Shown here in pieces: positions 56,081 through 64,000 of a stretch of DNA of 64,000 nt; position 1 is the stretch's first letter; every line of letters starts with the position of its first letter. Origin of the DNA: Octopus vulgaris (lineage: Eukaryota). Location: assembly GCA_951406725.2 (NCBI GenBank), contig OX597830.1, positions 21,762,001 through 21,826,000 on the forward strand. Reading direction: 5' to 3'. Both the position numbers and the translations under genes were made by a program. The notes beneath the pieces were generated by a model, which was not told the origin of the DNA, made no database searches, and worked only from the letters and a program-made list of their open reading frames with translations.

Positions 56081-56881
56081 TTATTTAGTCGCAGTTGTTG
56101 ATGTTGTTGTTGTGGCTGTTGCTGCTGCTGTTGCTGTGTTTGTTGTTGCTATAGTTGTTGTTGTGCTGCTGCTGTTGCTGTGTTTGTTGTCGCTATAGTT
56201 GTTGTTGTTGTTGTTGCAGTTGTTGTTGTTGCTGTTGTTGTTGTTGCTATTGTTGTTGTTACTGCTGCTGTTTCTGCTGTGTTTGTTGCTGTTGTTGTTG
56301 TTGCTGTTGTTGTTGCTGTTGCTGTTGTTGTTGTTGCTATTGTTGTTGTTACTGCTGCTGTTTCTGCTGTGTTTGTTGTTGTTGTTGTTGTTGTTGCTAT
56401 GTTTGTTGTTGTTACTGCCGCTGTTGTTGTTGCTGCTGTGTTTGTTGTTGTTGCTGCTGTGTTTGTTGATTTTATTGTTGCTGCTGTTGTTACTGCTGCT
56501 GCTGCTGCTGCCGCTGCTGCTGTTACTGTTGTTGTATATGCCGTCGTCGTGACGTCGTCGCGAAGGTATGTGTGATGTTTTCAATTCCATACATTCACTA
56601 CGTTTACATAAGTGTTCTTCAAAAGTTCTCAATATGTTGTCTAATCCTAATCGAAGGAGGCTCACAGCCATTCCGATTCCTTCATCGATTACAAAAGTCT
56701 TCTCTTTCAATATTGTCTCAAGATTCCCATTCAATGATTCTTTAACATGCTTTAGGGTATCTGATTCTAAACAGAATTGTTGTTGTTGTTGTTGTTGTTG
56801 CTGTTGCTGTTGTTGTTCTTTGTTCTTTGAGCTGTTGTTATAGCTGTTGTTTTTGTCTTTGTATTTGTTTGTGTCCGCCAT
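56081..56881 (-). CDS. Candidate coding exon or ORF: polyQ, a unique segment of about 80 aa, then an Asn/Ser-rich tail
   Basis: ATG in a gcaATGG context; non-repetitive FCLESDTLKHVKESLNGNLETILKEKTFVIDEGIGMAVSLLRLGLDNILRTFEEHLCKRSEC has protein-like amphipathic composition; no family recognised. Confidence 0.4.
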   Translation of the reverse strand: MADTNKYKDKNNSYNNSSKNKEQQQQQQQQQQQQQFCLESDTLKHVKESLNGNLETILKEKTFVIDEGIGMAVSLLRLGLDNILRTFEEHLCKRSECMELKTSHIPSRRRHDDGIYNNSNSSSGSSSSSSNNSSNNKINKHSSNNNKHSSNNNSGSNNNKHSNNNNNNNKHSRNSSSNNNNSNNNNSNSNNNSNNNNSNKHSRNSSSNNNNSNNNNSNNNNCNNNNNNYSDNKHSNSSSTTTTIATTNTATAAATATTTTSTTATK

Positions 56882-56924
56882 TGCTAGTTCCTTTTTTTGT
56901 TTTGTTTTGTGCTTTTAGTTTTAT

Positions 56925-56953
56925 CATTACTATTACGATTGTCATTGCTGTTA

Positions 56954-57005
<52 letters not shown>

Positions 57006-57076
57006 CATTATTATTATTATTATTGTTGTTGTTGTTGTTATTATTATTATTATTAATACCATCATTATCATCATTG

Positions 57077-57107
<31 letters not shown>

Positions 57108-57130
57108 GGTCATCATCATCATCATCATTG

Positions 57131-57183
<53 letters not shown>

Positions 57184-57561
57184 TCACCACCGCCACCTAC
57201 GCTTCTACCGGTGTCACAGCCACTACCAATACCTCCACATCACCATCATCATAATAATCATCATCATCATCATCTACATCATCATATTCTTCTTATTCTT
57301 CTTCTTCTTCTTCTTCTTCTTCTTCTTCTTCTTCTTCTTCTTCTTCTTCGTCATCGTCATCGTCGTCATCATCATCATCATCACCACCACCACAACCACC
57401 AACATAACCACCGACCGTCGTCACTTCAGTGATCACCGCTATCACCACCATCGTCTTCATCACCATCATCTCCACCATTATTATCCCCATTATCACCACC
57501 ACAGCCACCACCATCACCACCACCATTACACTCACCCTGTAATGCTAAAGGGTGAGTCAGT

Positions 57562-57617
<56 letters not shown>

Positions 57618-57919
57618 TATTATCAACACTATCACCACCACCGCCATCATTATCATCATATTCGTTGTTATTGCTGTCTCATTACAGCCACCACGTCCGC
57701 CAGACCCACCAACGTCATCACCATCAGCAGTGTCGCCCCCATTATCACCATTACCACCACCACAACCAGCATCATCGTCATCATCTTTATCGTCATCGTC
57801 ACCATCACCACCATCGCTGCAATCACCATTATCATCATCAATATCAGTGTCATCGTCATCAACATCATCGTTAACATCACCCCCACTACTACTGCCACCA
57901 CCACCACCACCACCACAAT

Positions 57920-57951
<32 letters not shown>

Positions 57952-57957
57952 CACCAC

Positions 57958-58015
<58 letters not shown>

Positions 58016-58177
58016 GCCACCACCACCATCATCATCAACACCACCACCACCATCATCTTCATCGTCATCATCATCATCGTTATCATTACAATTACCACCA
58101 CCATCTTCATTGTTAATATTATCATCATCATCATCATCAACGCCATCACCACCATCATCATCATCATCAAAACCACC

Positions 58178-58208
<31 letters not shown>

Positions 58209-58400
58209 GCAGCAGCACCACCACCACCACTGCCACCATCATCATCATCACCATTATTATCATCAACACCACCACCATCAGCGCCATCATCATCATCATC
58301 ACCATTATTATCATCAACACCACCACCATCACCGCTATCATCATCATCATCATCACCACAACCACCACCACCACCACCACCATCGTTAATATCATCATAA
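56925..58400. repeat. Compound (ATT)/(CAT)/(CTT)/(CAC) trinucleotide field
   Basis: Direct inspection. Confidence 0.9.
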
Positions 58401-59043
58401 TTATCGTTCTCATTTGGATTAATATTTCGATTGAAGCCAGCTTTTTCGTTGGCTTTGTGTCGACGCTAAGTTGTTTGTTAATAACACGGGGACAATGGTG
58501 AAGCTATTGAATGAAATCTAGTTGCCTGGGTAGATGCAGGTAGATCGAAGCAAATATCAGCAACGAGCGAACAAAAAGCGGTCGGCCATCTTGAAATAGA
58601 TCTGCTGTCTGTCTATCGCTCGGTTTGCGTTCACTAATATTAATAAAAACAATCTAAGGTGACAGAAGATATCGTCTGCTTCGTTTGAAAAATATTCAGA
58701 AGAACTCTATTCTACCAACAGACGAGTTTATTATTTCATATCGATAGTAGAAAGGTGGGGGAGAAAGAGCGCGATGAGTAACGAGTAGGTGGGGGAGGAG
58801 AGGGGAGGAGGGGGAGGGGGAGGGGAGGGGGAGGAGGGAGGGGGAGGGGGAGGAGGAGGAGGAGGAGGAGGTGGAAAAGAAGAAAAGGAAGAAAAGGAAG
58901 AAGAAGAAGAAGAAGAAGAAGAAGAAGAAGAAGAAGAAGAAGAGGTGGTGGTAGTGGTGGTGGTGGTGGTAGTGGTGGTGAAGGAGTCATATACAATTCT
59001 GAAAACCAGATGTGCATAACAGCAAAACGAACAAATAGATAGA

Positions 59044-59079
<36 letters not shown>

Positions 59080-59084
59080 TAGAC

Positions 59085-59119
<35 letters not shown>

Positions 59120-59656
59120 CGGAAAACTGGATGGATGGATGGATGGATGCACTGACGGACGGAACTATAGCTAGATAAATCAATTGACTGATTGATAGAC
59201 AAACAGACATACAAAATTATATCAACGATATAAAGCATAAAAACAATTTTTTGAACGATAAAGATCGAAAACAGCAAGAAAATATATTAGACTAATTTCT
59301 CGGGCTAAGAAATATGATCATAATTGGCAAATATTTAAGCAAAAGACAGAGGCATTTAATTTCATATTATAAGGGAAGCAGGTTAGATTATAAGAACCAG
59401 AAACAAGAAACTGGTTAAGATGATCGCTTTGAAATCTCGTAGTTTCGGGTTCAGACCCACAGTGCGCCACCTTGGGCAAGTGTTATCTCTAATTGTCCCG
59501 GGCTGACCAGTGCCTTGCGAGTGAATTTATTTGACAGAAATATACATACGTATGTATGTATGTATGTATGTATGTATGTATGTATGTATGTATGTATGTA
59601 TGTATGCATGTATGTATGTATGCATGTATGCATGTATGTATGCATGCATATGTATG

Positions 59657-59744
<88 letters not shown>

Positions 59745-59749
59745 TTTCA

Positions 59750-60250
59750 CCCACCTTTCGATAAACTCACTCAGGGTCAGTACTTCCTCTCCACTCTCAA
59801 TTTCCTTTTCAAGTAAAACTTGAAGAAGTCAATGAGAGCTCTACCAAAGAGGAATCTATCTGTCCTCATGCCTTTCAGCCTTGTCTACCAAACAACTTCT
59901 TTTGACGCAGCCACCAGGCAAAGGAAAATTGCCTTCCCTGTCCGATTGAAGGAGGTTCAGTGGGGCAATCATCACTACAGATTCGGCCGACAGACGGATC
60001 CGTCCCACACGTGACAGCAGCTGTTGAACATAACCCCACAGATCAGCAATACCCGGACACTGAACGAGGGCGTGCAGAGCGGTTTCGTCACTCTGCGCGC
60101 ACTTCGGACAAGTCCGTCTGGTAGCACATCCATGCCTGCAGAGTTTATCTCGAACCGGTAGCACCCTCTGGTAGCACTGCCAGGTCAAGAACATATGGAA
60201 ATTATCCGTGATAGTTCCCAACCGAAAAGTCCTCCGGAACAGACTAGGCA
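59750..60250 (-). mobile_element. L1/Tx1-clade LINE fragment (zf-RVT CCHC knuckle)
   Basis: LTWQCYQRVLPVRDKL..TCPKCAQSDETALHALVQCPGIADLW in ORF 59856-60257. Confidence 0.82.
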
Positions 60251-60299
60251 ACAACAACGACGACCATTACTACCACCACAACAACAATGACTTTGAAAT

Positions 60300-60684
60300 C
60301 GTAGGAGTGGCTGTGTGGTAAGTAGCTTGCTTATCAACCACGTGGTTCTGGGTTCAGTCCCGGGCAAGTGTCTTCTACCATTGCCTCGGGTTGACCAAAG
60401 CCTTGCGAGTGGATTTGGTAGACGGAAACTGAAAGAAGCCTGTCGTATGTGTGTGTGTGTGTGTGTGCGTGTGTGTTTGTGTGTCTGTGTTTGTCCCCGC
60501 TTGACAACCGATGCAGGTGTGTTTACGCCCCCCCCCCCGTAACCTAGCGGTTCGGCAAAAGTGACCAATAGAATAAGTGCTAGGCTTACAAAGAATAAGT
60601 CCTGGGGTCAATTTGCTCGACTAAATGCGGTGCTCCAGCATGGCCACAGTCAATTAACTGAAACAAGTAAAAGAGTAAAAGAGT
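60300..60684 (+). mobile_element. SINE family A
   Basis: Consensus match with a small deletion after the B box. Confidence 0.9.
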
Positions 60685-61063
60685 ATCCGATGGCACTCTT
60701 GGCGGGTGACTTACAACAAAGAGAGAAGAGTCTCTTTAACCTTGACAGACAAACCCCTTAGGATGGTGTCTCGATAAAAAATATCGGTGGTTGTGTTACC
60801 TTAACACCACTGTTCTCTTTATGAGTGTATAGTGAAATAAAAAGTACTATCACAACTGTGTTAATGAGACAAGATCCTTTAGAAAAGGTCTTTCTCGCGG
60901 CAAGCGTCCCACTATGCAGCAGGATAGGCCTGGTTGATGGTCAACTGATGCTGCAAGGATTAGGGAAGGTGGCCTCAATATGATGACGGAATTATTTTGG
61001 AACGTTAGTACGGAGCGAACCGGGCAAAATGGGATACGGAAAAAGAATGGATTGGATATGAAT

Positions 61064-61500
61064 AGGCGCAGGCGTGGCTGTGTGGTAAGAAGTTTGCTTC
61101 CCAACCACATGATCCTGGGTTCAGTCCCACTGTGTGGCACCTTGGGCAAATGTCTTCTACTATAGCCTCGGGCTGACCAAAGCCCTATGAGTGGATTTGG
61201 TAGGCAGAAACCGAGAAAGGCCCGTCGTGCGTGTGTGTGTGTGTGTGTGAGTGTGTATGAGTGAGTGTGTGAGTGTCTTTGTATATGTATTTGTTTCTCA
61301 CTATCACTTGACAACCGGTGTTGGTGTGTTTATGTCCCTGTAACTTAGCGGTTCGACAAAAGAGAGCTGATAGGATAAGTGCCAGGCTTTACGAAAAAAT
61401 AATAAGTACTGGGATCAATTCGTTCGACAAAAATTCTTCAAGGCGGTGCCCCAGCATGGCCGCAGTCAAATGACTGAAACAAACAGAAGATAAAAGATAA
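61064..61500 (+). mobile_element. SINE family A, full length
   Basis: aggcgcaggcgtggctgtgtggtaag ... tgactgaaacaaacagaagataaaagat. Confidence 0.9.
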
Positions 61501-61527
61501 ACGAAAAAGGGAACGGTAGAGAGAAAC

Positions 61528-61617
<90 letters not shown>

Positions 61618-61752
61618 TGACTGACAATCAGAGACATGTTCCCAGTCACAGAACAAAGACTTCTAGATCAGAAAAATAAAATCGTGAAAAGACAATGGCT
61701 ATCCCAGTTGGAATGAAGCTAGAAGAGATCTTCAGAATACCGAAAGATGAAT

Positions 61753-62393
61753 ACCGAATCAGCTCGCAGCACCACCTGACGAGTCCGTGAGATGCATGCG
61801 TTTCGGAGAGGTCGTCTCCTCTTCAGCCACAGAAACCGGACAAGGCGACGCTGCGATCTGACACGAGGGACCATATCTCATTTATAACAAGACTGTGAGA
61901 TGCATGCGTTTCGGAGGGGTTATATCCTTTTCAAGTCACAGAAACCGGACAAGGCTACGTTGCGATCTGACACGGGAGACCATATCTCACTTATGACAAG
62001 ACCATGAGATGCATGCGTTTCGGAGAGGTTGTCTCCTCTTCAGCCACAGAAACCGGACAAGGCTGCGCTGCGGTCTGACACGAGAGACAGTATCTTTCTA
62101 ATGATATTCCAGTCATCATTCAGTGACTGGTAGCAGTATTCGGCGGTTGACAATAAATAAAATTCAAGGTGACAGCGCTAAGAAGAGAGGTATACAAATA
62201 CTAACTTGCAACCAGTTCAGATACGTTTGAGGCATATTCGAACTCGTAAGAAAGCCATTCGTCTTTTTGTCATGAACATAATTTCTCGTTGTTCACAAAT
62301 GGGTGTATATACACCGAACCAGCTCGTAGCGCCACCTGATCAGACTGTGTGATGCATGCATTTCGGAGTAGTTATCTCCTCTTTAGCCATCAG
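61753..62393 (-). ncRNA. Tandem type I hammerhead ribozyme array (4 motifs; retrozyme/Penelope-like)
   Basis: Minus strand of copy 1: CUGUGG-CUGAAGA-GGAGAcgaccUCUCC-GAAA-CGCAUGCA-UC/UCACGG; predicted C17 positions 61791, 61899, 62008, 62351. Confidence 0.8.
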
Positions 62394-62702
62394 AAATTAT
62401 TGCGGTTAAAAGTCAAACAGGAAAAAGAGCAAATACTTATGGTGGAAATGGAGACTTGATAATCAAGTTTAACAGTTCATGAGAGATGTTAAGAGGTTAG
62501 ATGCTATAACTAAAAAGACATAGGAACGAGTTTCAAAGAAAATATGACATCAGGTGCAGATGAGCACAGGTAATTAATGAAGAGATGAGACAAGATGAGA
62601 CAACTTGAGACGAGATTAGGCAAAAAATATCTAGATACAAATAAAGAATAAATCAGTATCAACAGTACAGGCTCTTCAGAAAGATTGGAAGGAAAATTTA
62701 TC

Positions 62703-63124
62703 AGGCGTGGCTGTGTGGTAAGAAGCTTGCTTCCCAACCACATGCTTCCGGGTTCAGTTCCACTGCGTGGCATCTTGGGCAAGTGTCTTCCACTACAGCC
62801 TTGGACCGACCAAAGTCTTGTGAATGGATTTGGTACACGGTAATTAAATGTGTGTGTGTGTGTGTGTGTGTATGTCTTTGTGTCAGTGTGTGTATGCATT
62901 TGTGTATATGTTTGTTCCACAGCACCGCTTAACAACCGGTGTTTGTGTGGTTACTTCCCCGTAACTTAGTGGTTCGGCAAAAACAGCCTGATAGAATAAG
63001 TACCAGGCTTTTAAAAAAAATAAGTATTGGGGTTGACTCATTCAACTAAAAGTCCTCCAAGGTGGTGCTCCAGCATGACCGCAGTCTAAGGATTGAAAGA
63101 AGCAAAAGGTGAAAGATAAAAAGA
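62703..63124 (+). mobile_element. SINE family A
   Basis: Consensus match; a short ATCAGG duplication at both junctions. Confidence 0.88.
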
Positions 63125-63311
63125 TCAGGAGAATACTGCACCAAATATTTGTAACTGCAAAGGAACTTTTGGCCATATATTTCGAACAAAGACGTTGTTA
63201 AACACAGCTGGAAACCGGATTGGTTACGGGAGTGTTGGAGAAAACTAGAAAATAAGGAGCAGAAAAGTCGGGGGCAGAAAAATCGACGACGATTATAAAC
63301 CTTTGTATTAT

Positions 63312-63855
63312 AGACACAAGGCCTGAAATCATAGCGAAGAGGATGAAAGGCAAAGTCGACCTCGGTAGAATTTGAACTCAGAAAACATAGAACCGGGAGA
63401 AATGCTGCAAAACATTTTGGCCAGCATGCTAACGTTTCTTATTTCTTTATTGCCCACGAGGGGCTACACATAAAGGGCACAAACAAAGACAGACAAATGG
63501 ATTAAGTCGATTATATCGACCCCAGTGCGTAACTGGTACTTATTTAATCGACCCCGAAAGGATGAAAGACAAAGTCGACCTCGGCGGAATTTGAACTGAG
63601 AACGTAACGGCAGACTAAATACCTATTTTTTTACTACCCACAAGGGGCTAAACACAGAGAGGACAAACAAGGACAGACAAACGGATTAAGCCGATTATAT
63701 CGACCCCAGTGTGTAACTGGAACTTATTTAATCGACCCCGAAAGGATGAAAGGCAAAGTCGACCTCGGCAGAATTTGAACTCAGAACGTAACCGCAGACG
63801 AAATACCGCTAAGCATTTCGCCCGGCGTGCTAACGTTTCTGCCGGCTCACCGCCT
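63312..63855 (-). mobile_element. SINE family B trimer
   Basis: Three aggatgaaag.caaagtcgacctcgg modules. Confidence 0.88.
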
Positions 63856-64000
63856 TTTTGTTGACGTTAATAATTGCAATGATAATAATGATGATGATGA
63901 TGATGAAATTAATAATGATAATGAAAACGATAATAATGATGATAGCGATCATATTTACGATGCTACTAATGATGACGAAAACGGTAATGAGTAAAATTAT

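Larger units (their letters stand above)
61635..63290 (+). mobile_element. Decayed R4/Dong-clade ORF N-terminal region, interrupted by a hammerhead array and a SINE A
   Basis: TEQRLLDQKNKIVKRQWLSQLE..LEEI (61650-61735), WWKWRLDNQV (about 62440), QRKYDI, KISRYK*RINQYQQYRLF (about 62625-62680), FW..VKHSWKPDWL (about 63170-63225) resemble, in order, conserved R4/Dong N-terminal blocks. Confidence 0.68.

Noticed and set aside
61776-61850. Plus-strand hammerhead (CTGACGA-GTCCG...CGGAC) that would make the array ambisense
   Set aside because: CGGAC is followed by AAGG, not GAAA; the pairing is explained as the complement of the minus-strand stem I, and CTGACGA is not kept in the second copy (CTGATCA)
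61753-62090. CRISPR-like repeat-spacer array
   Set aside because: Whole 108-109 bp units are homologous, with no unique spacers; eukaryotic context and no cas genes

Overview
Animal genomic DNA that is almost entirely repeats; the SINE families and microsatellite density suggest a coleoid cephalopod such as Octopus (inference, not verified). Nearly all long ORFs in the track are microsatellite artefacts. The supportable content is: many copies of two tRNA-derived SINE families (A and B) plus rarer SINEs; a 5S rRNA pseudogene; an 8.9-kb (GAAA/GAAT)n array; decayed non-LTR retrotransposons (RTE, Rex3/Expander-like, CR1/L2-like, Tx1/L1-like, R4/Dong-like); a Helitron Rep remnant; a DD37D maT transposase remnant; several MITEs; several fold-back hairpins; and one candidate protein-coding ORF (56081-56881, minus). 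The most notable signal is a minus-strand tandem array of four type I hammerhead ribozyme motifs (61753-62393), retrozyme/Penelope-like, nested antisense inside an R4/Dong ORF remnant. There is also a possible HDV-like ribozyme at about 28876-28926. Coordinates were read by eye and element edges are approximate.
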